A stretch of DNA of 47,761 bases from NCBI GenBank assembly GCA_001820725.1, contig MHQR01000026.1, positions 7,885 through 55,645 of the forward strand. Direction: 5' to 3'. The position numbers and the translations under genes are program-made. Of the stretch, positions 36,134-44,494 are shown one piece after another (within the stretch, counting starts at the first letter, position 1; each line of letters starts with the position of its first letter). The DNA is from Candidatus Sungbacteria bacterium RIFCSPLOWO2_01_FULL_54_21 (GTDB lineage: Bacteria; Patescibacteriota; Minisyncoccia; Sungbacterales; HO2-52-23). Under the pieces are notes generated by a model, which ran no database searches, was not told where the DNA came from, and saw only the letters and a list, made by a program, of their open reading frames with translations.

Positions 36134-37153
36134 ATGCAGAAAATCATTGTCATCGTAGGCCCTACGGCATCGGGCAAATCGGCGCTCGCGGTCTTGCTCG
36201 CAAAAAAATTCAACGGCGAAGTCGTCTCCGCCGATTCGCGTCAGGTGTATCGCGGACTTGAAATCGGATCCGCCGCAATCACTGATAGAGAAATGCGAGG
36301 CGTGCCGCATCACCTTGTCGGCATTGTCTCGCCGCGAGAGGTATGTACCACTGGACACTTTGTCGCGGCGGCTCGGGACGCGATCGCCGATATCGCGCGG
36401 CGAGGCCGCGTCCCCATTGTCGCGGGCGGCACCGCATTCTGGGTCAATGCCCTAGCGCAAGGCATCGTCTTGCCCGAAATAAAGCCAGATACGGCGCTCC
36501 GCCGGCGGCTTGAGAAAAAATCAGCCGCCCAACTCTTTGCCATACTCAAAAAAGCAGACCCCCGCCGCGCAGGGGATATTGAACAACAAAATCCTCGCCG
36601 CCTGATCCGCGCCATCGAAATCGCGCGCTCGCTGGGCCGCGTCCCCCCTTTTGTTAAACACCGAGTGTTTAACACGCTGTGGCTCGGCCTCAATCCGGCT
36701 CCGGTGCTGCTCGCCCGCCGCGTCACGGCGCGCGCAGAGCGCATGATTCGCGACGGCCTTGCCGCAGAGACCCGGGCGCTCGCGCGAAGCATCCCTATAA
36801 AACGCGTCCGCGAATTTGGATTTGAGTATCGCGCGGCGCTTTTGTATAACCGCGGCGAGCTGACGCGCAAACAGTTTGCCGCGCGCCTCGTGGCCGACAC
36901 CCTGCACTATGCAAAACAGCAAAACCGATGGTGGAAACGCAATCCGGCCATTTATTGGATTACCGCTCCCGATGTTGCGCGACGTTTCGGAGCACGGCAC
37001 AAATGGGACAATGTCCACGCCGCGGCAATCTCACTCGTCAAAAAATTCTTGCAAAAAAGTCCCTCACGGACTGCCAAAAACCGGCTGACGTTTCGGGCGG
37101 CGCCGGCCGTTCGTCCGGCACGACCACGACGACTTCCTCGCCCGGGTTCTTGA
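36134..37153 (+). CDS. miaA: tRNA dimethylallyltransferase
   Basis: P-loop GPTASGKSALAV, SADSRQVYRGLEIGSA. The C-terminal region contains repeat R2 in frame and a 33-aa Arg/Pro-rich tail overlapping the convergent gene. Confidence 0.9.
   Translation: MQKIIVIVGPTASGKSALAVLLAKKFNGEVVSADSRQVYRGLEIGSAAITDREMRGVPHHLVGIVSPREVCTTGHFVAAARDAIADIARRGRVPIVAGGTAFWVNALAQGIVLPEIKPDTALRRRLEKKSAAQLFAILKKADPRRAGDIEQQNPRRLIRAIEIARSLGRVPPFVKHRVFNTLWLGLNPAPVLLARRVTARAERMIRDGLAAETRALARSIPIKRVREFGFEYRAALLYNRGELTRKQFAARLVADTLHYAKQQNRWWKRNPAIYWITAPDVARRFGARHKWDNVHAAAISLVKKFLQKSPSRTAKNRLTFRAAPAVRPARPRRLPRPGS
36963..37030 (+). repeat. R-type element, copy R2 (inside the miaA coding region)
   Basis: CCGCTCCCGATGTTGCGCGACGTTTCGGAGCACGGCACAAATGGGACAATGTCC. 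Aligns with R3 over the 5' arm, the TTCGGAGCA segment and GGGACAATGTCC. Translated as APDVARRFGARHKWDNVHAA. The 3' boundary is approximate. Confidence 0.7.
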
Positions 37154-37391
37154 GGTTCATCCTCGCTTTTGCTTGATACTCAACTGCTTCGGGCGTGTCC
37201 TGCTCTTCCAGGCGCCGTGAAAGTTCCTGCTTTTTCCTGACCATGTCTCCCAGCTGACTTTCAGCAGACCGCAGTTCCGCCCGCAGGGCCAGCGTCGTAG
37301 CCGTTATGCGCGCGGCGCCCACGGCAACCGCGCTTGCTGTGCAGAGCAGGAATATATTCATCGGTATTGAACGCTTGATAGAGAGACGCAT
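37038..37391 (-). CDS. FtsB/DivIC-like septum formation initiator
   Basis: One TM helix, a coiled coil (LRAELRSAESQLGDMVRKKQELSRRLEE), then EAVEYQAKARMNLKNPGEEVVVV typical of FtsB/DivIC. Start is uncertain (37391 or 37361). Confidence 0.6.
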   Translation of the reverse strand: MRLSIKRSIPMNIFLLCTASAVAVGAARITATTLALRAELRSAESQLGDMVRKKQELSRRLEEQDTPEAVEYQAKARMNLKNPGEEVVVVVPDERPAPPETSAGFWQSVRDFFARIF

Positions 37392-37509
37392 ACCCTTTAT
37401 ACTACGCGGTATGTTTAACCACCGCAAAAAACTCAACGCTGTCTGGGTCGGCATCTCGGTTCTCGCCGTCGTCTCCATGGTGTCGTATCTGCTTCTGCCT
37501 CTCGTCTAA

Positions 37510-37640
37510 CCGCTCCCGATGTTGTGTAAACGATTATTAATCGTTTACACATTTCGGAGCAAGGCGCCTTTGGGACAATGTCCCCGCGAGACAGTGTCTC
37601 GCGTGCCATGCTATGCAACATCGGACAATTTCGGCAGCGG
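37510..37640 (+). repeat. R-type element, copy R3 (intergenic, with nested palindromes)
   Basis: 5' arm CCGCTCCCGATGTTG and 3' arm CAACATCGGACAATTTCGGCAGCGG. Contains the 29-nt palindrome TGTGTAAACGATTA-T-TAATCGTTTACACA (37523-37551), GGGACAATGTCCC and CGCGAGACA-G-TGTCTCGCG. Abuts the lepA stop. Confidence 0.8.
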
Positions 37641-39536
37641 TTACCGTAATTTGAAAAATACGTCCGGAGGGATGGTCACCCTGCCGGTCTCTTTCAGCCG
37701 CTTTTTGCCGCGCTGTTGTTTTTTCCACAGCTTCATTTTTCTGGTGCGGTCGCCGCCGTACATATGGCTGGTCACATCTTTTTTTGCCGCAGGGATGGTC
37801 TCGCGCGCAATGATGCGCCCGGCGATGGACGCCTGCAAGGCAACGGCGAACAATTCCTTGGGAAGCAGTTCTTTCAATGCCGCCAGGCGCTGTCGTCCGA
37901 TGTCATACGCCCTGGCACGGGGCACCACTTCCCCCAGCACCGGCTGTTCCTCTCCCGCAATCAGAATATCAAGCCGAACCAAATCACCGGTCCGATATCC
38001 GATGAGGGTGTAGGAAAACGACGCAAATCCTTGCGAAATGCTTTTGAGGCGGTCATAAAAATCAACAATCACTTCCCGGAGGGGCGCTTCGCCCTCTAGG
38101 TGCAGACGATCGCCCGCTCGCCCCGTTAGAGACAAGTCCCAACGTGATGCCGGGACTGCCATATCAGTGACGCGGGTCTCTAACGGGGCGAGCGTTTCGG
38201 CTTTTGTGATGATACCCTCGGCTCCCGTAAGCAACGACGTGATCGCCCCCAGGAAACGCGCGGGCGCTACCATTTCGACACGCGCCCAGGGTTCGGTGAT
38301 GTCTCCGATCTCCTGGGCTGGCGGCAGGCGTACCGCGCTGTATACCGTAATCGGCTCTTTGTGTTTGTCTTGAAATGTCACGCGAAACGCCACCGACGGG
38401 CGCGAGAGCGCCAGCGCTACCCCATATTCGCGCCGGAGGCGTTCGGCCACGATTTCCATGTGCAGGAGCCCTAAAAATCCGGCTCTGAATCCGCGACCCG
38501 CAAACGCATGCGTTTGCGCGCCTGCATCCTCCGGTGTAAAAGTAAACGCCGCGTCTTCCAGGTGCAGTTTGCCGAGGGCGTCTCGCATACTTTCGTATGC
38601 GTCCTGATTCTCCGGGAAGAGCGAGGCAAAGACCACGGGCGCTATTTCACGGTATCCGGGCAGGGGCTCAATATCTCGATATTTAGATATGTCAATATAT
38701 CGCGTTATGGTATCACCCACACGGACTCTCGCTGGCTCTTTGATGCCGGTGGCCACATAGCCGATTTCGCCGTATTGCAGGCCCGTTCCTGGACTGCGTT
38801 CCGGCGTGAACACGCCGATCTCCAGGACTTCAGCGCCGGTTTCCCCTGCCATGAAATGAATTTTGTCGCCTTTTTTCAATACCCCGTCCACGACTCTCAC
38901 ATGCGCGATGACGCCTAGATACCGATCGTACTTGGAGTCAAATACGAGCGCGCGCAGGGGCGCGTCCGCCATTTCGCCATTTCGATATTTCGATATTTTC
39001 TCACTGGGCGGCGGCACTTTCTCCATGACTGCGGACAAGAGGGCCTCCACGCCCGTCCCTTCTTTTGCCGAAATCGCATACACATCCTCGGGGCGGCATC
39101 CCACCAGCGCCGACAATTCTTCCATGGTTTTTTCTTTTTCCGCCGACGGCAGGTCCACTTTATTCACCACAGGAATGACCACCAAACCCTCCTGCTGTGC
39201 CAGATATAGATTGGCGAGCGTCTGGGCCTGCACGCCCTGGGTCGCGTCCACGAGCAGGATGGCCCCCTCTACGGCGGCGAGCGCGCGCGACACTTCGTAT
39301 GAAAAATCAGCATGCCCAGGCGTATCGATAAGATTCAGGATCCGCCCTTGCCACGCCATGCGCACGGGCTGCATTTTTATCGTAATCCCCTTTTCACGCT
39401 CCAGAGGATGTATGTCTAAAAACTGGGCGCGCATTTCCCGCCGTTCCACCGTGCCGGTCAATTCCAAAAAACGATCCGCCAGCGTGGATTTTCCATGATC
39501 AATATGCGCGATGATGACGAAATTGCGGATATCCAT
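37641..39536 (-). CDS. lepA: elongation factor 4
   Basis: Start moved to MDIRNFVIIAHIDHGKSTLADR. DTPGHADF. LepA-specific C-terminal domain with ...KKQQRGKKRLKE. Confidence 0.95.
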   Translation of the reverse strand: MDIRNFVIIAHIDHGKSTLADRFLELTGTVERREMRAQFLDIHPLEREKGITIKMQPVRMAWQGRILNLIDTPGHADFSYEVSRALAAVEGAILLVDATQGVQAQTLANLYLAQQEGLVVIPVVNKVDLPSAEKEKTMEELSALVGCRPEDVYAISAKEGTGVEALLSAVMEKVPPPSEKISKYRNGEMADAPLRALVFDSKYDRYLGVIAHVRVVDGVLKKGDKIHFMAGETGAEVLEIGVFTPERSPGTGLQYGEIGYVATGIKEPARVRVGDTITRYIDISKYRDIEPLPGYREIAPVVFASLFPENQDAYESMRDALGKLHLEDAAFTFTPEDAGAQTHAFAGRGFRAGFLGLLHMEIVAERLRREYGVALALSRPSVAFRVTFQDKHKEPITVYSAVRLPPAQEIGDITEPWARVEMVAPARFLGAITSLLTGAEGIITKAETLAPLETRVTDMAVPASRWDLSLTGRAGDRLHLEGEAPLREVIVDFYDRLKSISQGFASFSYTLIGYRTGDLVRLDILIAGEEQPVLGEVVPRARAYDIGRQRLAALKELLPKELFAVALQASIAGRIIARETIPAAKKDVTSHMYGGDRTRKMKLWKKQQRGKKRLKETGRVTIPPDVFFKLR

Positions 39537-39561
39537 ACCGTGTCGCTGTCCGGCTCGCGGG

Positions 39562-41280
39562 TTATTTCTCCGCCTCTCCCCCCCATTCTGCGGGAAGGCG
39601 GCGTAGAGAGAACAGGCGCCGGGTGATGCTTTTTCGCAACGCTCCAACCTCCTCGTTCCCTAGCATAGAGAGCACCGCCCAATATACCCCGAAGCCGGCT
39701 CCTGCCGCCACTGCCCCCTGCAGGAGCACGCGCGCAAAGGTGATGAGCGGCAGGGTCTGGGAAAAACTGGCGCGGACCGCATACGCGGCAATACCTGCGC
39801 CGAGCGCGGCGCAGGCGATTTGCCCGATTGTCTTTGCTCCCGTCGGCGCGGCCCTGATACCAAACCGCCGCCGGGCCGCCCGGATGAGCAGGATCCACAG
39901 CGCCAGGGCGTTGATCACCACGCCCGCGGCAAACGCGAGACCCATCCCCAGCACCGCAGGATGCGCCATGTCCTGGATGCGGAAAAGCGCGGCAATGGCG
40001 ACGCTTTCCGGCGAAGCCCGCCCAAGCGCCCGCGTCAAAGCCCAGGCGATACCGACCGTGCCCACAGACGTTACCGCATTTACGGCAAGCGGTATACGCG
40101 TATTTCCCAAAGCATAAAATCCGCGGATGAGCAGGATATGGAGGGCTCCGGCCGCCATGGCGATGCATAATGAGGCCAGCACCGCCGCCGTAAGCCGCGT
40201 GTCTTCCCAGGAAAATGCGCCAGCGCCGAGACCAACGCGCACGATGTGCGCGCGCAGAACGAGGACGAGAACCGCCGCAGGCATTACCCAGAAAAGAATG
40301 CTGTGTATGCCGGCTGATAATTCTTCCAGAAAGTCCCTCCCCGAATCCAGCGCCGCCGCCCGCGCCATGCGCGGAAACACCGCAACCGCGTAACTTGCGG
40401 CAAAGATGCCGATGGGCACGAAATACAAATCATACGCTGCGGAAAAGACGGCCACGCTTCCTTCAGCGAGCGTCGAGCCGATTGCAATAAGAACCAGCAC
40501 CGTCAGCTGGGAAAGAGAGATGGCGAGCACGCGGGGAAAAGAAAGTACGAGCACCTTCCGTATGCCAACAGCAATTCCAGACTTAGTCTGGAATTTCCAG
40601 ACTAAGTCTGGAATTCTCGTGAGACCAAACCCGAGGCGCGCGGCGAAGATATATTGCACCGACATATGGAGCAGTGCGCCGAGCGCCACGCCCATACCAA
40701 GCCCCCTCACGCCGAAGATAGGCACAAACAGCAGGATGCCGACCACGATGCCCATGTTGTAGAGGATGGGCGCCAGGGCATAGACAAAGAAGAGCCGGAA
40801 TGATTGCAGAACCACGGAGAAGATACCGGACAGACCGAAAAGAATCGGGGATATGAGCATGAGCCGGACCAGAGCGGTCATGAGTGAGCGCTCGCCGGAG
40901 GAAAAGCCGGGCGCTATCAAGGGGACGATGGCCGGTACGGCAAAAAATACCACCGCGGAAAGCGCGAGCGCGGCGAGAAAAAAGAGTGTGGAAAGGGCGG
41001 CAATGAATGCTTTGGCTTTTTTTCTGTCTTCAATCAAGTACTCCTGAAATATCGGCAGGATGGCGGCCGATGCCGCGCCCAGCAAAAACACTGCGGCCAT
41101 GAAGTCGGGTATCTGGAACGCCGCGTAATAGATATCCAACTCCCGCCCCGCGCCGAATTCGGCGAAAAGCAAACGGTTGCGCACGACACCCACCAGCCGG
41201 CTCGCCAGTCCTGCGGTGCCCAAAAGAAGCGCCGCGGCATGGACGTTCGCCACTTCCTGTTTCAGAAACGCAAGTCGCAC
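39562..41280 (-). CDS. murJ: lipid II flippase MurJ (carries an in-frame palindromic insert)
   Basis: LLGTAGLASRLVGVVRNRLLFAEFGAG.ELDIYYAAFQIPDF N-terminus, about 14 TM helices. Insert IPDLVWKFQTKSGI is encoded by 40575..40613. Confidence 0.9.
   Translation of the reverse strand: MRLAFLKQEVANVHAAALLLGTAGLASRLVGVVRNRLLFAEFGAGRELDIYYAAFQIPDFMAAVFLLGAASAAILPIFQEYLIEDRKKAKAFIAALSTLFFLAALALSAVVFFAVPAIVPLIAPGFSSGERSLMTALVRLMLISPILFGLSGIFSVVLQSFRLFFVYALAPILYNMGIVVGILLFVPIFGVRGLGMGVALGALLHMSVQYIFAARLGFGLTRIPDLVWKFQTKSGIAVGIRKVLVLSFPRVLAISLSQLTVLVLIAIGSTLAEGSVAVFSAAYDLYFVPIGIFAASYAVAVFPRMARAAALDSGRDFLEELSAGIHSILFWVMPAAVLVLVLRAHIVRVGLGAGAFSWEDTRLTAAVLASLCIAMAAGALHILLIRGFYALGNTRIPLAVNAVTSVGTVGIAWALTRALGRASPESVAIAALFRIQDMAHPAVLGMGLAFAAGVVINALALWILLIRAARRRFGIRAAPTGAKTIGQIACAALGAGIAAYAVRASFSQTLPLITFARVLLQGAVAAGAGFGVYWAVLSMLGNEEVGALRKSITRRLFSLRRLPAEWGGEAEK
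40575..40613. repeat. P19 palindrome doublet inside murJ
   Basis: TTCCAGACTTAGTCTGGAA + T + TTCCAGACTAAGTCTGGAA. Same two units as in rnhB, in swapped order. Confidence 0.9.
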
Positions 41281-41289
41281 GGCAAGGTA

Positions 41290-43842
41290 TTATCGCCTTT
41301 GCTCCTGTTCTTTCACCGGCACGTCGGTTCTCTGTTGGGGGGGCACGGCAGGAGGCACGATGCCTTCGAGCGCCGGTTTACCGGCTTTCACGTTGGCGAT
41401 AATGCGCTGGATTTCCTGATTATCAGGGTTGGTGGCCGCGATGCGCCCGAATTCTTCCAACGCCCGCGTCCGGTCTTTTTTGCGATCATAAATGAGGCCG
41501 AGGAAATATCGGGCGTTGGCGTACTGCTCATTCATGCTGATCGCGCGTTCAAATTCCGCCTGCGCGCGCGCAAGATCATTTTTCTGATAGTAGAGGAGTC
41601 CTAGCTGAAAAGCGACACCTATGTCAAAAGGCGCGATGAGTTTGGTGTTTTCCACGCTTTGAATAGCGGCATCAAGATTGCCGAGACGTATGGCGGTTTG
41701 CGCCAGCAGAAAATGCGCGGGCGCGTAATCCTGCTTGGCCTGGATGGCGCGCTGGAAAATGGCCACTATTTGCTCAAGATTTTGCACTCTGGCTTTTTCC
41801 AGATCTTCCCGCTCCTTTCCCTGCGCCTGCTGTGCGGCGCTGGCAAGACGATCGGCAAACACCAGCCCTGCGCGGCCCCACTCCACATATGCTGCGGGGT
41901 TGAGCGGCTCACGTTCTATCGCGCGCTGATACGCTCCCGCCGCAATCCGTTCGGATCCGGGGATGAACGGAATGATGGATTCGTACAGCGAGCCCTGAAT
42001 CCGCCAGAGGGTCGGGTCTTGAGGATGCATAGCCGTGAGGTGTTGCGCATCCTGAATCGCAAGCGATACGGCTGACTGGAAATCCTGCTGGACGTTTTCG
42101 CCTGCGGCGGCGCGCTGAATCACGGAACGCACTTTTCCTATACGCGCCTGGGTGAGCATCTGCACATTGCGCCAGTTGCGCGGCTCATATTGCACGGCCC
42201 GCTCCAAGAGACCGATGGCGTCGTCGATCTTTCCGGCGTTGAACGCCGTGGCGCCACGGTCGGCGGCAAGCGCGGCGCGCACGCGTCCGACTTGGCCATA
42301 GAGCGCCGCGATGCCGAGCGCAATACAAAAGATGATCACAAGGGATGACGCGAATATCATGCCCGGCGTTTCAAACCGAACCATACGCTCCCGTATACTC
42401 CATATGCTCGGTCGTCCGGCCAATGCCAACCGGTCGCCAGATACCTCACTCTCGCGCGCATCCTCCGTCATTTCCGGCACTGCGTGCGCGGGAACGGCAA
42501 GGAGCGCTGCTAGCAGACCCGCCAAGAAGAATAATAGCAGGAGCAACGACGTGTTTGCGGGATAGAGAAACGCCGCAATGAGGAGCGTCACCCATCCGAG
42601 AAAAGAGCTCATGACGAGCGGATCCCCCGTCCTGTTTTGCATAGTGCCGTCTCCGGCAGACGAAGACGAGAGTAGTATGCGCAAAAATACGAAGAGTGAA
42701 ACGGCGAAAAATCCGATGAGCGAAATCAAGCCCAAGATGCCGCCAGTCGGCAATGCGGTCGCGACCCATGACTGGCCCTGATTAAACCGGACGCCCCAAA
42801 AGGCGGTTTGATTGATTGCAGGATCTTTGTATTTCGCCCAATCAAGCCCGAACATGGCCGGACCGGAACCCAGGAATACCCGCAGAGGCCCCTCGCGAAA
42901 TACGTTCCCCGCGATGGAAAAGGTGGCGCTCGCCGAAGGCGATATTTCGGCCGGCGCTTCAAGTTTGCCGATAATAGCGCCCGGCGCCATAATCATGGCG
43001 ATCGAAAATATCACCAGTCCGAGCGCCGTCCATTGCCGCCAGCCAAACCGGCGGACATTGTCGCCGGACACATCGCCAGGTCGATGTTTTGATACGTCGA
43101 TGAGCAGGAGACCGAACAGGCACACCGAGGCGACCAGCACCAGAATCCATGCGGTCCAAAAATGCACGAACGCAATGTCCGCCAGAAAAATAAGCGCGGC
43201 CGCGGCACATGCCGCGCGCACCCATGTCTTCCATCCCTCGACAGCCCGCGAAAGCAGGAGTCCTACGGTCATCATGAGCAGTACCGCGTATAAAAGCGTC
43301 ATGCCGTTGACCGTGCCGATCACATTGAAGAAGGGCTGGGTCGGCAGAAATCCTATCGGCCCAACGACAAATGTATACAGCGTAAGTAATCCCGCCGCCG
43401 CCCCCGAGAAAATCAGCACAAAGAGCAGTGTTCCTGCGGATGCGTGTGCGGCAGTGGCATCGGCTTCCGCTCCGCGATTTTTCAGAATGCCGCCGGTTGC
43501 CGCCATCAGCGCAAGCCCTGCAACAAGCGTGATCAGCCGTTCAGCTCCGGCCTCCGCGAAAAAGGCCGAAACAAAAGGGGCATGGCTGAATGCGGCACTC
43601 GCGCTCCATACGGCGATGAGCACGGCGCCTGCCCAAAGGAGCGGAGAGACCGGATACCGCATCTCTCCGCGAGCCAACACGCCAATCAGCCACAGGACGC
43701 CTGCGATGGCCGTAAGCGCGACAAACGCCACATCGCGTCCAATATCCGTACCCAAAGGCGCGGGTACTGCCAGAAGCGGCATGACGGCCGCGATGATGTA
43801 CAATACGATTTTAGAACTGTATGCGAATCTATCGGTCATCAT
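41290..43842 (-). CDS. polytopic membrane protein (O-antigen ligase/polymerase-like) with C-terminal TPR domain
   Basis: About 480 aa of TM helices, then TPR repeats (AFNAGKIDDAIGLLERAVQYEP.., ARAQAEFERAISMNEQYANARYFLGLIY..). Confidence 0.6.
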   Translation of the reverse strand: MMTDRFAYSSKIVLYIIAAVMPLLAVPAPLGTDIGRDVAFVALTAIAGVLWLIGVLARGEMRYPVSPLLWAGAVLIAVWSASAAFSHAPFVSAFFAEAGAERLITLVAGLALMAATGGILKNRGAEADATAAHASAGTLLFVLIFSGAAAGLLTLYTFVVGPIGFLPTQPFFNVIGTVNGMTLLYAVLLMMTVGLLLSRAVEGWKTWVRAACAAAALIFLADIAFVHFWTAWILVLVASVCLFGLLLIDVSKHRPGDVSGDNVRRFGWRQWTALGLVIFSIAMIMAPGAIIGKLEAPAEISPSASATFSIAGNVFREGPLRVFLGSGPAMFGLDWAKYKDPAINQTAFWGVRFNQGQSWVATALPTGGILGLISLIGFFAVSLFVFLRILLSSSSAGDGTMQNRTGDPLVMSSFLGWVTLLIAAFLYPANTSLLLLLFFLAGLLAALLAVPAHAVPEMTEDARESEVSGDRLALAGRPSIWSIRERMVRFETPGMIFASSLVIIFCIALGIAALYGQVGRVRAALAADRGATAFNAGKIDDAIGLLERAVQYEPRNWRNVQMLTQARIGKVRSVIQRAAAGENVQQDFQSAVSLAIQDAQHLTAMHPQDPTLWRIQGSLYESIIPFIPGSERIAAGAYQRAIEREPLNPAAYVEWGRAGLVFADRLASAAQQAQGKEREDLEKARVQNLEQIVAIFQRAIQAKQDYAPAHFLLAQTAIRLGNLDAAIQSVENTKLIAPFDIGVAFQLGLLYYQKNDLARAQAEFERAISMNEQYANARYFLGLIYDRKKDRTRALEEFGRIAATNPDNQEIQRIIANVKAGKPALEGIVPPAVPPQQRTDVPVKEQEQRR

Positions 43843-43996
43843 ACAAAAAGTTTAAAGATTTAAATAATTTTTAAGCCCACTGCGTCGTGCCTCTTCCCTG
43901 CTCATCACGCCGCGCCCCGTAAACACCCTCCCCTCCTGATTTTGTATCGTAGCCATAGCGTTTTCAATATGTGGATATGTCGATATTTACTATCCG

Positions 43997-44494
43997 TTAT
44001 CCGCTTTCGCCGTCTTTCTTATACCCGGGCATAAACTTCTTCCACGCTTGTTCCAATCGCAACATCTTCCTCCGTACATATATATACTTTTTAATCGCGC
44101 CGTCAAAGAATTCCCACGGGATGCCGCTCTCGCAGATATCGCGGAACTGCTCCAAATACACGATCATCTTGTTACAGTTGAGCATGGCTTTTTCAATCGC
44201 CGCGATACCGGCGATATGATCGCCGAAGCGGAGCGAATGGGCTTCCGCCACCTGATGCGGGATACCCAATGCGCACGGGAGCATATTCTTTATCAGCAAT
44301 TCATCAATAAGATTCGTGTGCTCCGCCTGTTTTTTCTTGATTTTTGCGCGTGCGGCCAAAAAATTATTTACTTCTCGCGCCACGAGCACCGAGCACTCCA
44401 ATGCCTTCTGATACACCTCCAGATCCTGAAAGCTGTGGAGCGGTCGGCGCGGATAATAGGGACGTTGCTCTTGTTTTTGATAATACATAGTCAT
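43997..44494 (-). CDS. four-helix-bundle protein (23S rRNA IVS protein / Avd-like family)
   Basis: SFQDLEVYQKALECSVLVAREV is the family hallmark (F-x-D-L-x-V-[WY]-Q-K-A). 165 aa. Its ATG overlaps the upstream gene's TGA (ATGA). Confidence 0.75.
   Translation of the reverse strand: MTMYYQKQEQRPYYPRRPLHSFQDLEVYQKALECSVLVAREVNNFLAARAKIKKKQAEHTNLIDELLIKNMLPCALGIPHQVAEAHSLRFGDHIAGIAAIEKAMLNCNKMIVYLEQFRDICESGIPWEFFDGAIKKYIYVRRKMLRLEQAWKKFMPGYKKDGESG

Noticed and set aside
43860-43996. Looked for the missing C-terminal piece of the MazF-like toxin on the far side of the islet, which would prove an insertion.
   Set aside because: Only a weak ..ITDSKYR.. match to the expected ..LLDSKRL.. was found, which is too short to distinguish from chance.
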